NCBI GenBank assembly: GCA_040904565.1
Contig: JBBDTI010000075.1
Span: 106,941 to 170,940, forward strand
Length of the DNA: 64,000 nucleotides
Origin: Rhodothermales bacterium
Lineage (GTDB): Bacteria; Bacteroidota; Rhodothermia; Rhodothermales; VXPQ01
Direction of reading: 5' to 3'
The first letter of the stretch is position 1. The number at the start of each line of letters is the position of its first letter. The notes below the pieces were generated by a model. It was not told the DNA's origin. It searched no databases and saw nothing but the letters and a program-made list of their open reading frames with translations. Of this stretch, positions 10,791-21,465 are shown in pieces. The position numbers and the translations under genes are program-made.

Positions 10791-12010
10791 GATGGCGTAC
10801 CGTCGTTACGGTCGCGATATTTCGACGCAAACCGCGAGATACGCGTCACGGCCTCTTCAATCTGATCGAGTGCCGTGGCGTACGAACAGCGCATATAGCC
10901 CGCCCCGCTCGGCCCAAAGGCATCGCCCGGGACGCAGGCGACATGCTCTTCCTGGAGGAGCTTTTGCGCAAACTCCTCGGAGGTCAGTCCGGTCGACGTG
11001 ATGTCCGGGAAGCAGTAGAACGCACCTTCCGGTTCGAACGTCGGCAGGCCGGCCGCGCGGAGTCCGTCGACGATGACGCGCCGGCGCCTGTCGTATGAAC
11101 GTCGCATGTTCTCGACGTCCGACTGCGCCGACTCGACGGCAGCGACGGCGCCGATCTGACCCATCGTCGGCGCGCTCATCACGACGTACTGATGGATCTT
11201 ATACATCGCGTCGTAGATCGGTGTCGGCGCGCACGCATAGCCGATGCGCCACCCCGTCATGGCATAATTCTTCGAAAAACCGCCGAGAAGAACGGTACGT
11301 TCGTAGAGCGCCTCGATCGAGGGAAGGCAAACGTGCCCGCGTTCGGCCGCTCGTCCGTAGACGAGCCGGTCGTAGATCTCGTCGGAGACTACCAGCAAAT
11401 CGTTCTCGACGACGACCTCCGCGATGCCCTCGAGGGTCTCCCGGCGCAGTACGGCTCCGGTTGGATTGTTGGGATAACCCAGGAACAGCACTTTTGTCCG
11501 CGGAGTGATGCGATCCGCTATATCCTGCGCGGTTACCTGAAAATCGGTTTCCACCGAAGTGGGCACGTGCACGACGCGAGCACCGGCAAACCGGGCGAGT
11601 GGACCGTATGACACGAAGCACGGCTCAGGAATGAGGATTTCGTCGCCCGGGTCCAGCAGCGCCAGCATGGCGATCTGCATGGCCTCGCTCGCACCGACGG
11701 TCACGATGATCTGGCTTCCGGGATCGTACGTCACCTCGTAATGGCGCTGCAGCTCCTCCGCGATAAGCTCGCGCAGGCGAGCAAGTCCGGCATTCGCCGT
11801 ATATCCGGTCTTGCCGTCCCGGAGCGACTGCACCGCCGCATCGATGACGGGTTGAGGCGAGACGAAGTCGGGTTCGCCTATTCCTAACGATATGACGTCC
11901 GACATCGTCGCCGCGATCTCGAAAAAGCGTCGGATGCCGCTCGGCGGGACGGTCCGCGCCCGTTCACTCAGGCGGCGAGATAGATCGGATGGTGCGAGCG
12001 TTTCTGGCAT
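10787..12010 (-). CDS. Class I/II pyridoxal-phosphate-dependent aminotransferase (aspartate/aromatic type)
   Basis: 407-aa ORF with the PLP-lysine region GGFSKNYAMTGWRIGY and NPTG, and typical fold-type I length. Confidence 0.88.
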   Translation of the reverse strand: MPETLAPSDLSRRLSERARTVPPSGIRRFFEIAATMSDVISLGIGEPDFVSPQPVIDAAVQSLRDGKTGYTANAGLARLRELIAEELQRHYEVTYDPGSQIIVTVGASEAMQIAMLALLDPGDEILIPEPCFVSYGPLARFAGARVVHVPTSVETDFQVTAQDIADRITPRTKVLFLGYPNNPTGAVLRRETLEGIAEVVVENDLLVVSDEIYDRLVYGRAAERGHVCLPSIEALYERTVLLGGFSKNYAMTGWRIGYACAPTPIYDAMYKIHQYVVMSAPTMGQIGAVAAVESAQSDVENMRRSYDRRRRVIVDGLRAAGLPTFEPEGAFYCFPDITSTGLTSEEFAQKLLQEEHVACVPGDAFGPSGAGYMRCSYATALDQIEEAVTRISRFASKYRDRNDGTPS

Positions 12011-12288
12011 GCTGTAACTCCCGTTCCGGAAGCAATTTAAAACAAAACAGAAGTCTGGGTCGGGTAGACGTACCTCGTCCGGGCCGCCACGGATCCACGC
12101 GCACCCGGCGCGGGTCTAGTCCCAGAAGCCGCCGGAAGGAACGCGCTCCGTGAATCCGCGAGCACGGCCTGGAATCGGCACGCGTTCAATCTAGCAAGTA
12201 CCTGGGACTGCCATGGCTAAAAGATTTCAGAATTATGTGAATGGATCGTGGATTGACCTCGCAGCGGCGGGATGAGTCCGAAGACCAT

Positions 12289-13794
12289 CTACGCCCTGGC
12301 GACCCCTGATTCGCGAGCCGCCGTCTGCACGGCCTCTGCGACGCGTTCGACGACCGTACGGTCGAAGACGCTGGGGATGATGTAATCCGCGGAGACCGCG
12401 GCCTCGTCACACGCTGCGGCAATGGCGTGGGCAGCGGCCAGTTTCATGGCTTCATTGATATCCGTCGCCCTGCAGTCGAGCGCACCCCGAAACATCCCCG
12501 GAAAGCAGAGGACGTTGTTGATCTGGTTTGGATAATCGCTTCGCCCGGTCGCCATCACCGCGACGTAGTCACGGGCATCCTCCGGACGGATTTCCGGCTC
12601 CGGGTTCGCCATCGCAAACACAATCGGATCGCGGCCCATTTTCTTCAGATCCCCTACCGTGACAACGCCCGGAGCTGAGAGTCCGAGAAAGACGTCCGCC
12701 CCTTCGATCAGCTCCGAAAGCGTCCCCAATTCATCGCCCGGGTTCGTGCGCTGGGCGTAGGCCCTCTTCTCGGCCGACATGTCGGGCCGGCTCCGAGCGA
12801 TGGCGCCGTCGCGGTCAAAACCGATGATCTCCCGGACGCCGAGATTGAGCAGCATATCGGTACAGGCCGTGCCTGCCGCACCCGTACCGACGACCATGAC
12901 GCGAAGCTCCTCCGGCCGCTTGCCGACGACCCGCAGTGCATTGATCAGCGCGGCCGTCGTCACGACGGCCGTGCCGTGCTGGTCGTCGTGAAATACGGGG
13001 ATGTCTAATTCCCGTTTGAGCCGCCGCTCGACGTCAAAGCATCGCGGTGCCGATATATCCTCCAGATTAATACCGCCAAAAACAGGAGCAATGCGCTGAA
13101 CCGCATCGACGATTTCATCTACGTCCGTCGTATCCAGGCAAATAGGGAACGCATTCACTCCGGCAAACTCTTTGAACAGCTGCGCTTTGCCTTCCATGAC
13201 GGGCATGGACGCCATGGCGCCGATGTCGCCGAGTCCGAGGACCGCCGTCCCGTCCGTCACCACGGCAACGGTCGTTCCCTTGATGGTCAGATCGTAGACT
13301 TTTTCCGGATATCGATGAATGGCCGTGCATACGCGTGCGACACCGGGCGTATACGCCATCGAAAGCTGATCCCTGGTTCGTATCCGAAACCTACTCCGAA
13401 CTTCGATCTTGCCTCCTTGATGCAGGAGAAACGTTCGATCGGACGCATCCAGCATCTCGATCCCGTCGATCGCAGCGAGGATCTCTACGATCTCTCGAAT
13501 GTGCTCCTCCCCTGCCGTATTGATCGTGAGGTCCCGGATCAGGTACTCCGGCTCGACGCGCACGATGTCGATGGAACCGATGTTACCGCCGGCATCGCCG
13601 ATCGCACCGGTCACGCGAGCGAGCGTACCTGGCGTGTTCTCCAGCTTCAAACGGAGGGTAACGGCGTTGCTGGCGCTCGTCACCGCGATACGATCCGGCA
13701 TGACGATGATCTTTTTTATCAAAGGGTCGTCCAGGTGCGTCTGCCAAACTACGGTAGATGCGTCTTTAAAAAAGGACTTCTCGCTCCTTGCCAT
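12289..13794 (-). CDS. NAD(P)-dependent malic enzyme with N-terminal ACT-like domain
   Basis: The malic-enzyme N-domain and Rossmann motif are present (VVGTGAAGTACTDML). The N-terminal ACT-like segment reads LENTPGTLARVTGAIGDAGGNIGSIDIV. The ATG at 13794 (MARSEKS) is preferred, because the ORF-track start at 13959 would overlap the divergent kinase ORF. Confidence 0.85.
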   Translation of the reverse strand: MARSEKSFFKDASTVVWQTHLDDPLIKKIIVMPDRIAVTSASNAVTLRLKLENTPGTLARVTGAIGDAGGNIGSIDIVRVEPEYLIRDLTINTAGEEHIREIVEILAAIDGIEMLDASDRTFLLHQGGKIEVRSRFRIRTRDQLSMAYTPGVARVCTAIHRYPEKVYDLTIKGTTVAVVTDGTAVLGLGDIGAMASMPVMEGKAQLFKEFAGVNAFPICLDTTDVDEIVDAVQRIAPVFGGINLEDISAPRCFDVERRLKRELDIPVFHDDQHGTAVVTTAALINALRVVGKRPEELRVMVVGTGAAGTACTDMLLNLGVREIIGFDRDGAIARSRPDMSAEKRAYAQRTNPGDELGTLSELIEGADVFLGLSAPGVVTVGDLKKMGRDPIVFAMANPEPEIRPEDARDYVAVMATGRSDYPNQINNVLCFPGMFRGALDCRATDINEAMKLAAAHAIAAACDEAAVSADYIIPSVFDRTVVERVAEAVQTAARESGVARA

Positions 13795-13919
13795 GCACGC
13801 CGTAGCGACCCCGTTGCCGTCGCGGACCTTCCGACCGGACGCATAGTAACCGAGAATCTTGTCCGCTGATGACGTGTCGGACCGGACCTTCCACGCGACA
13901 TCCCTAGTAGGCACGATAA

Positions 13920-16900
13920 TTGTGTTTCTTTCAAGCGGCCGTAACTGCATCCAGCGCACGGAACACCTTTATCCTCTTCGGTGCATCCTGCACGCGTCCC
14001 TCTGACTTATGCATTGACAACGTGTTGAACGGAATTTCCGACGAAGCACATGGGGACGACGCCTTTCCCGTCGACGAAACCGGCGAGATCGGCGGACTCG
14101 ACGAACTCCCGTATAGAGAGTTCGTCGAGCACACGCCCGTCCCGATCGTGCTCCATGCAGGCGGAACGATTCGATATGCCAATCCGGCCAGCGCCGAGCT
14201 CGTCGGCGCCGGATCTGCGGACGACCTCCTCGATGCGCGGATCGAGGATTTCGTGCGCGAAACGGATAGAGAGTGGCTGTACGAGCGGCTTCGGGCAGCC
14301 GATGCCGCCGATCGGGCGAACACGCGTCTAGAGATAGTTCTCCAGCGGCGGGACGGAACGTGCATCGACGTGGAAACCTCAACCGTCGGCGTGAGGTGCG
14401 GTCAACGCCCCGCCCTCCTCACGCTCATCCGTGATATATCGCAGGATCGGCTTGAACGTAGCGCTCTCGAAACGGAATGCCGCATATTCCAAGCCGTAGC
14501 CGAGAATGCGCTCGCCGGCAATGCCGTCATTCAAGATGGCCGCTTCGTGTACGTCAATCCGCGCCTCGCTGATATTTTCGGATATCAACCCGACGATTTG
14601 CGCGGCCAGCCCATCGTAAGCATCATCCACCCGGACGACCACGGTACCGTACAGGAAAACGTACGGCGTCGAATCGACGGTGAAGTCGATGCCCTACAGT
14701 ATCGTGCACGCGGACGCCATCGGGACGGCTCGCCCATCGATCTGGAAATCTTCGGTGCGAGTTCGACCCTGGGTGGAAAGCCAGCCATCATCGGTACCCT
14801 GGTCGACGTCACGTCTCGCGTGTCGATGGAGCGTGAAAGGGAGCACCATCTGCGCGTCGTTTCCCGCTTCTCCGAGCGATTGAAAATGTTGCATCGCATC
14901 TCTACGCGCAGCTTCGATTCGCTCGACCACGCTCTCAAGGAATACCTATCCGCCGGGTGTACGATTCTCGACATGCCTACGGGGATGGTCAAACGGGTCA
15001 GCGGAGATCGCTACGAGGTCGTAGCGGCCGTAACTCCTGACGCGGCGGCTATTGATCGGCAACTTTTTCCCCTGGAAGGTTCGTACTGCGGCCGTGTGGT
15101 CTCCACGATGCAAACCATCTCATTCGCCCACGCGGCCACGGACCGGCAGTTTGCCAAACATCCCGTCTATCGGAAGACGCACGTCGAATCGTACATCGGT
15201 GCGCCCATTCTTATCGAAGGCAGCGTATACGGCACGATCGCCTTCGTTTCGAATGAGCCCAGGGACCACCGATTTACGTACGAGGATCGCGAGATCGTCG
15301 AGCTGATGGCGGAATCGCTCGCAAAGCTGATCCGTCTCGACCACGTAGAGCAGAAAGAGCGTGAGGCGCGCGCCGCGCTGCTGAAGCGGGCGCGCGAGCT
15401 CAAAGCCGCGCGGGACCGGACCGAGACCGCTGCCCGGGCCAAGTCCGAATTCATGGCCAAGCTCAGCCATGAAATTCGAACGCCGATGAACGGCATCATG
15501 GGCATGGCCGATTTGCTTCTCGAAACGAATCTATCCAAAGACCAGATGCATCACCTCGAGACGATTCAGTCGTCAGGTGCATCCCTACTCCACCTGATTA
15601 ACGATCTGCTGGACTTCTCCAAGATCGAGGCGGGCAGGCTCGAACTGGAGACTACTCCGTTCAGCATTCGCTCCGTCGTCGAAGAGGTAACCAGCCTGTT
15701 TGCACTTAGAGCAGCAAAGAAGAACCTCCGTATTTCCAGCTACATTCACCCCGATGTACCGTCCAGCTGCATCGGCGACGCGCACCGCCTGCGGCAGGCG
15801 CTGTCGAATATCCTGAATAACGCCGTTAAGTTCACCGATCAGGGAGAAGTCGAGGTGCGCGTAGTTCCAGGCAGTGGCGCATCGAGCGGTGAGCCGGACC
15901 GCAAACCCATCGATTTCATCATCAGGGACACGGGCATCGGAATACCGGAATCCGCCCGAACCCGGATATTCGAAGCCTTCTCGCAGGCGGATTCGACGAT
16001 GGCGCGGCGCTTCGGTGGCACGGGTCTCGGCCTGGCCATCACGCAGCAAATTGCTGAAATGATGGGAGGATGCGTGATAGTCGACAGTGCGGCGGGACGC
16101 GGATCTACCTTCACGCTGCGTGTGACCTTCGAGCGGGATCCTGCACCGGAGATACTGGAGACCTACAGTGCCTCTGACCGGCTCGAAGGGCGCTACGTGC
16201 TCGTCGTCGAGTCGTCCGACGGGGCGCGGGAATTGCTCACGGCACAATTGCGGGACTGGAAGGTGGATGTCGACGAGGCCGCCGATGCCACGACAGCCTT
16301 GCAGATGATCATTACGGCCGGCGAATCGGCGACCCCGTACGACGCAGCGCTCATCACGCGAAAGCTGCCCGGGATGGATGGAGCCAACCTCGCCCGCGCC
16401 GTCGACGCCATCCCGTCCGTTCGTGGTCTGCCCATCATCCTTCTTGCGCAACTCGACGATCCCGTATTGTCCTCCTCGGCGCACCTGCCGCTGGCAGGTA
16501 CCCTCGCTCTGCCCATCCGCCAGCAGTCGCTTCAAGATACCCTGCTATCGCTCTTTACCGAATCAAGCTCGAGCGATCGAACAGCCTCCGCGGTACGGGG
16601 ACGTCAGGTATCGGAACACCCTGCTTGTGGAATTCTGGTCGTCGAAGACGACCCCGTCAGTCAAGAGGTAGTCACGGGGATGCTTTCGGCCCTCGGCTAC
16701 GACGCTGACCTGACGACCACCGGTGCCGCCGCCATCCAGGCGGCGGCGAACGGCATTTACGACCTCGTTCTGATCGACTGGGAACTGCCCGACATGGATG
16801 GGTATTCGGCGACGGAACAGCTACGAAATCTCGACACGCCGACGGCAAATGCGTATGTGGTCGCGGTTACGGCCCATGCGAACCGGGAAGACCGTGAGCG

Positions 16901-17414
16901 AAGCTTGATGGCCGGAATGAACGATCATCTGACGAAGCCGCTTAACCGCGGTGCCTTGCTCAACCTCATTCATACGGCCGTCCGCCACCGGGAAGAAATG
17001 GATCACGATGGAGGTCCGGTCGAGACAGAGAAGAACGAGAACGGTCCGAGCGTCGGCGAATACGCCGATCCCGAGGGTGCCATTTTAACGCATCTCGCAG
17101 AGTTAGGTGAGGAACTCGGGGAGGAAAAGCTCGTGGAGCTCGTGATCGTATTCTTAAACGCCATGCCGGCGTATTTCGCCGATATCCGCAAGGCGCTATC
17201 GGACGGTGACGCCCCCCGCGTCGCCAGCAGTGCACATGTGCTCCATGGAGCGTGCTTGAGCATGGACGTCACCGTGCTCTCTCGCCGGGCCGAAGCGCTC
17301 GAGCATGAGGCCATTCACGACATGCTGGAAGAAGCCCGGAGGACGTTCGAGCAGATCGAGCATTGCTGGGAAAAGATCAGGCCGCTCTTTCAGCGGATTG
17401 CCACGGTCCGCTAG
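13920..17414 (+). CDS. Hybrid sensor histidine kinase: PAS-PAS-GAF-HisKA-HATPase-REC(degenerate)-REC-HPt
   Basis: The H-box is [16 protein letters not shown] and the G-box is [12 protein letters not shown]2 reads VVEDDPVSQ...[14 protein letters not shown]...LTKPL. The HPt-like C-terminus reads [10 protein letters not shown]. The start is uncertain: TTG at 13920, or GTG/TTG at 14022/14025. Confidence 0.88.
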   Translation: MCFFQAAVTASSARNTFILFGASCTRPSDLCIDNVLNGISDEAHGDDAFPVDETGEIGGLDELPYREFVEHTPVPIVLHAGGTIRYANPASAELVGAGSADDLLDARIEDFVRETDREWLYERLRAADAADRANTRLEIVLQRRDGTCIDVETSTVGVRCGQRPALLTLIRDISQDRLERSALETECRIFQAVAENALAGNAVIQDGRFVYVNPRLADIFGYQPDDLRGQPIVSIIHPDDHGTVQENVRRRIDGEVDALQYRARGRHRDGSPIDLEIFGASSTLGGKPAIIGTLVDVTSRVSMEREREHHLRVVSRFSERLKMLHRISTRSFDSLDHALKEYLSAGCTILDMPTGMVKRVSGDRYEVVAAVTPDAAAIDRQLFPLEGSYCGRVVSTMQTISFAHAATDRQFAKHPVYRKTHVESYIGAPILIEGSVYGTIAFVSNEPRDHRFTYEDREIVELMAESLAKLIRLDHVEQKEREARAALLKRARELKAARDRTETAARAKSEFMAKLSHEIRTPMNGIMGMADLLLETNLSKDQMHHLETIQSSGASLLHLINDLLDFSKIEAGRLELETTPFSIRSVVEEVTSLFALRAAKKNLRISSYIHPDVPSSCIGDAHRLRQALSNILNNAVKFTDQGEVEVRVVPGSGASSGEPDRKPIDFIIRDTGIGIPESARTRIFEAFSQADSTMARRFGGTGLGLAITQQIAEMMGGCVIVDSAAGRGSTFTLRVTFERDPAPEILETYSASDRLEGRYVLVVESSDGARELLTAQLRDWKVDVDEAADATTALQMIITAGESATPYDAALITRKLPGMDGANLARAVDAIPSVRGLPIILLAQLDDPVLSSSAHLPLAGTLALPIRQQSLQDTLLSLFTESSSSDRTASAVRGRQVSEHPACGILVVEDDPVSQEVVTGMLSALGYDADLTTTGAAAIQAAANGIYDLVLIDWELPDMDGYSATEQLRNLDTPTANAYVVAVTAHANREDRERSLMAGMNDHLTKPLNRGALLNLIHTAVRHREEMDHDGGPVETEKNENGPSVGEYADPEGAILTHLAELGEELGEEKLVELVIVFLNAMPAYFADIRKALSDGDAPRVASSAHVLHGACLSMDVTVLSRRAEALEHEAIHDMLEEARRTFEQIEHCWEKIRPLFQRIATVR

Positions 17415-17456
17415 CCACATCGCTACGGGACGATTTTCGGCAGTCCTCGTCTCCAA

Positions 17457-17496
17457 TAAAAAGGGGGCGTGCACACGACCGCGCACGCCCCCTTTC
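17457..17496. terminator. Bidirectional Rho-independent terminator between the convergent kinase and rpsA genes
   Basis: A perfect 10-bp GC stem, GGGGGCGTGC (17463-17472) pairing with GCACGCCCCC (17483-17492). It is flanked by an A-run upstream and TTT downstream, so it reads as hairpin plus U-run on both strands. Confidence 0.7.
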
Positions 17497-17517
17497 CACA
17501 TCAAGTCTGACCGAGAA

Positions 17518-20352
17518 CTACTTCTTTTCGTCCTCGTCTTCTTCCTCGTCTTCTTCCTCGTCCGTCTCCTCGGCGTCGTCCGTCTCTTTCGACTCCGCCT
17601 CGCCGGCCTCTGCCTTTGCTTCGTCGGCGCCTTCATCCGCTTCGGTTTCCTCGGCGTCTGCGGCATCCTCAGCTTGGTCGGCTTCGTCTGTAGCCTCGTC
17701 CGCTTCGTCTGCAGCAGCTTCAGCTTCGTCGGCTTCGTCTGGAGCCTCGTCGACTTCGTCTGCAGCAGCTTCGGCTTCATCTGAAGCGGCCTCCGTCTCG
17801 TCGTCAACGTCCTCAGTGGCTTCTTCGGCTTCCGCCTGCACCACCTCATCAGCCTCCTCTGTGGAGGCTTCGTCGGTCGCGACCTCGTCGCCGGCATCCG
17901 GCTCCGCTTCGCCGGCACTCGGAGCCTGCTCGGCCTCTTCGATCTGCGCTTTGAGATCGGCCAGGCCTGACAGCTCGCCGAGTGTCGTCGGACCGGACGT
18001 GTCGTCGGACCGCTGCTTATACTGGCTTACCTCGCGTTTGTCGCGCGTTCTGCGCTCCTTACGCTCGCGCTCCTGTTCGGCGCGCTCTTCTCTCGTCTCG
18101 GCGCGATCTTTGGCGAGTTCGCTGAGCACGATCTCCTTCTGATTCGGATCGAACTTGATCACGCGGAGCTCGATCTCCTGGCCTTCCTCGTAGAATTCCT
18201 GGAAGTTCTGGGGACCGTTCTTGAGCTCGCTGGCAGGTACGAACGCTTCCACTTCGAGCGGGAGCTCGACGACGAGCCCTCCTTCGTTGGAGCGCACGAC
18301 GGTCGCTTCCGTATCCGTGCCTTCGCCGTACACCTTGGCGAACTGATTCCACGGATTCGTCTCGACCTGCTTGTGGCCGAGCGATATGCGCCGCGCTTCT
18401 TCGTCGACGTTCAGAATAACGACGTCGAGGTCCTGGCCCTTCTTGATCATCTCGCTCGGGTGACGAATTTTCTTCGTCCACGAGAGGTCCGAGATATGAA
18501 CCAGTCCGTCTATACCCGGCTCGATCTCGACGAACACACCGAAGTTGGTGATGTTGCGCACCTTGCCGCGCATAACCGTTCCCGGCGGATAGCGGTCCGA
18601 TATGCCCGTCCACGGATCGGGCTCGAGCTGCTTCATGCCGAGGGAAATCTTCTTCCCCTCCTTGTCGATGTTGAGGATCTTGACGTTCACCAGCTGGCCG
18701 AGAGAGACCATCTGGCTCGGGTGGCGGATATGCTCCGTCCAGCTCATCTCCGAAATATGGACGAGTCCTTCGATACCCTTTTCGAGCTCGACGAACGCTC
18801 CGTAGTCCGTAATGGAGACCACTTTGCCTTCGACGGTTTCGCCCTCGTCGTACTTCTCGTTGATGTCTTCCCACGGGTGCGGCTGAAGCTGCTTTAGGCC
18901 GAGGGAGATGCGCTGGCGCTCCTTGTCGTAATCGAGCACCACCACGTTGAGCTTTTCGTCGAGATCGACGAGCTCGGATGGATGCGACACGCGGCCCCAC
19001 GACAGGTCTGTGATATGAAGGAGTCCGTCCACGCCCCCGAGATCGATGAATACACCGAAGTCGGTGATGTTCTTGACGGTACCTTCGAGAATCTGTCCCG
19101 CCTCCATGGTGGAGAGGATCTTCTCTCGCTGCGCCTGGAGCTCTTTCTCGATAAGCGCCTTGTGCGAAACGACGATATTCTCGTTCGCCGGATTGAGCTT
19201 GACGATCTTGAATTCCATGCGCTTCTCCAGGTACGCGTCGAAATCGCGTACCGGGCGCACATCGATCTGCGAGCCGGGCAGGAAGGCTTCCATACCTCCG
19301 ATATCGAGCTCTACGATCATACCGCCCTTGATCCGGCGCACGATCGTACCCTCTATAATGCTGCTCTGGTCGTAGGCCTCTTCGATGCGCTGCCAGCGGC
19401 GCAGCTTGTCGGCCTTCGTTTTCGAAAGAACGAGCTGTCCGTGATAGTCTTCAAGACGGTCGACGAAGACTTCGACTTCGTCGCCGGCTTCGAGCTCGCG
19501 GTCGAATTCGTTCAGGGAGACGACGCCGTCGCTCTTAAACCCGATATCGATGACGACGTCCTTTTCGCCGACGCTCACGACGCGGCCTTGAACGATCTCC
19601 TGCTCCTCCACGATCGTGAAGGATTCATCGACCAGCTTCATGAGCTGATCGTACGTCGCCGCGGCCTTTTCGTCTTCCTCGTCGCCGCGCTCCAGTTCTT
19701 CGAGCGTTACGACACGTCCTACGATCTCACCTGTATAGCCGACCTGTCCCGTTGCCTGGAGTCCTTCCGCACCGGAAACAGAGGAAAGAGGCGCCTCTTC
19801 CTGTACCGAGACGCCGGCATCCTCGGCCCTTGGGACGGCCATCTCGGCAGCAGCCGCATCGACGGCGCGTTCCAGAAGGGGACGGGCATCCTTATCCTCG
19901 TCCGTCGCGACGGGCTCACCGTCCAACGCATCGTCATCCGTCTCGACACCACCATCGTCGTCGGCGTCGTCCGCCTCGGCGACCGTTTCGGGCTCCTCGT
20001 CGGCGGCTTCCGACTCCGTCTCCGCATCATCCGTATCCTCGTCGGAAGATGCTGAAACCGCTTCGGCTTCGGCTTCCGCTGTCTCTTCCACCACATCACC
20101 GGTCTCGTCGGGCGTACTGGATGTGTCTTCGGCAGATACCGCATCGGAAGCGAGATCGTCATCCGTAGAAGCGTCCGTCTCTGCGGCGGCTTCCGTCTCG
20201 ACCTCTTCCGTCTCCTCGACGTCCGCCTTCACCGCCTTTCCATTCTCGTCAGCGGCCGCGGCCTCCTCCGCCTTGTCCGACTTCTCGTCGGTCTGAATGT
20301 CTTTCTCTTCGACTGCTTCCGTGTCTTTCGTTTTTTGCTGATCGTCAGCCAT
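17518..20352 (-). CDS. rpsA: 30S ribosomal protein S1 with long acidic N- and C-terminal extensions
   Basis: The central part (about residues 245-770) has six S1-domain-like repeats (e.g. GRVVSVGEKDVVIDIG, GTVKNITDFGVFIDLGGVDGLLHITD, GKVVSITDYGAFVELEKGIEGLVHISE). The ATG at 20352 has GGAGAA 6 nt upstream and is preferred over the GTG at 20382. Confidence 0.93.
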   Translation of the reverse strand: MADDQQKTKDTEAVEEKDIQTDEKSDKAEEAAAADENGKAVKADVEETEEVETEAAAETDASTDDDLASDAVSAEDTSSTPDETGDVVEETAEAEAEAVSASSDEDTDDAETESEAADEEPETVAEADDADDDGGVETDDDALDGEPVATDEDKDARPLLERAVDAAAAEMAVPRAEDAGVSVQEEAPLSSVSGAEGLQATGQVGYTGEIVGRVVTLEELERGDEEDEKAAATYDQLMKLVDESFTIVEEQEIVQGRVVSVGEKDVVIDIGFKSDGVVSLNEFDRELEAGDEVEVFVDRLEDYHGQLVLSKTKADKLRRWQRIEEAYDQSSIIEGTIVRRIKGGMIVELDIGGMEAFLPGSQIDVRPVRDFDAYLEKRMEFKIVKLNPANENIVVSHKALIEKELQAQREKILSTMEAGQILEGTVKNITDFGVFIDLGGVDGLLHITDLSWGRVSHPSELVDLDEKLNVVVLDYDKERQRISLGLKQLQPHPWEDINEKYDEGETVEGKVVSITDYGAFVELEKGIEGLVHISEMSWTEHIRHPSQMVSLGQLVNVKILNIDKEGKKISLGMKQLEPDPWTGISDRYPPGTVMRGKVRNITNFGVFVEIEPGIDGLVHISDLSWTKKIRHPSEMIKKGQDLDVVILNVDEEARRISLGHKQVETNPWNQFAKVYGEGTDTEATVVRSNEGGLVVELPLEVEAFVPASELKNGPQNFQEFYEEGQEIELRVIKFDPNQKEIVLSELAKDRAETREERAEQERERKERRTRDKREVSQYKQRSDDTSGPTTLGELSGLADLKAQIEEAEQAPSAGEAEPDAGDEVATDEASTEEADEVVQAEAEEATEDVDDETEAASDEAEAAADEVDEAPDEADEAEAAADEADEATDEADQAEDAADAEETEADEGADEAKAEAGEAESKETDDAEETDEEEDEEEDEDEKK

Positions 20353-20584
20353 ATAGTTCTCCGGGATGGCCGTCGTCGACACCGAATGTGCCGCTCATGA
20401 TTGTCCGGCCGAATCCCTGCATTTACAAAGTGCCCGCCCGACGACCCTCCCCTTGCCGCGCGAACCCTTCTTTGGGTTAAACATGCAAATGGAATAACCG
20501 CCGGAGAAGGGTCAAGCTGGCCGCATACCGGGCGTGTTTACCACACCCATGCGGTCCGGCGGTCATTTTTCTATGCGAACATTC

Positions 20585-21271
20585 CTATACGGCGGAAAGG
20601 TTCTCTCGTTCCTTGACCGCCTGGACGACCACGTTTACCTGCTCCGCGATGTCCAGTTCTGACGTATCCAGCTTGAGGGCGTCATCCGCCTTGCGTAGCG
20701 GTGCCACGGTGCGACGCATGTCTTTCTCGTCACGGGAGCGGATGTCCCTCAGTACTTCGTCGAGCGTGGCCGTCGATCCGCTTTCGCGGAGCTCTTCGAA
20801 CCGGCGCCGTGCGCGAACACGTTCATCCGCGATCATAAACACCTTCAGGTCTGCATCCGGAAACACCACGGTACCGATGTCGCGGCCGTCGATCACGACC
20901 CCGCCCTTGCCTTCTTCGAATGCTCTTGCGATACGCCGCTGCTCGTCAACGAGCTTCTCACGTACGGAACGCAGCGCAGCGACCGTGCTCGTCACGGCCG
21001 TCACATCGGGCGTGCGGATCTCTTCCGTGACGTCCTCTCCATTGAGCAGGATGCGCTGCCCCGTCTCATCCAGCAGCACGTCGAGATGGACGCTCGCGAG
21101 GACGCGCTCCGCGCCCTCCTTGGTCGGCTCGATGCCGTCCCGAAGAAACGCCAGCGCGACGGCCCGGTACGTCGCCCCTGTATCCAGGTGCACGTAGCCC
21201 AGGCGTCCGGCCACCGCTCGCGCGGTCGTCGACTTGCCCGATCCCGCAGGTCCGTCAATCGCAATGATCAC
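20585..21271 (-). CDS. cmk: Cytidylate kinase
   Basis: 228-aa ORF with the P-loop IAIDGPAGSGKST. The cmk-rpsA adjacency is conserved in many bacteria. Confidence 0.93.
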   Translation of the reverse strand: MIIAIDGPAGSGKSTTARAVAGRLGYVHLDTGATYRAVALAFLRDGIEPTKEGAERVLASVHLDVLLDETGQRILLNGEDVTEEIRTPDVTAVTSTVAALRSVREKLVDEQRRIARAFEEGKGGVVIDGRDIGTVVFPDADLKVFMIADERVRARRRFEELRESGSTATLDEVLRDIRSRDEKDMRRTVAPLRKADDALKLDTSELDIAEQVNVVVQAVKERENLSAV

Positions 21272-21465
21272 CGCTTCGGAAATTTGACGAAAGATATTGC
21301 TCCATCGCGCCGTGCTACGTCCGCAGCGTCATACTCTTCTGCGCGGCACGCTCCCGGCGCCGTTCTGAGTGCCCGCGCAGGTGCGAGCTCCCCAGTCCAA
21401 CGCTCTAGTGCAACCACGCCTGCAGGCTCGTGTTCGTGAATTGGATATGGAAAGCCGCGATCGCT

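Noticed and set aside
13795-13959. N-terminal 55 codons of the ORF-track malic-enzyme ORF
   Set aside because: The extension has no homology signal and collides with the divergent kinase ORF. The ATG at 13794 leaves a normal divergent promoter region. The choice is not certain.
18982-20055. 357-aa plus-strand ORF and several others (17363..18142, 18059..19000) overlapping rpsA
   Set aside because: They are antisense or alternative-frame shadows of the S1 gene. The S1 frame carries six clear S1-domain repeats.
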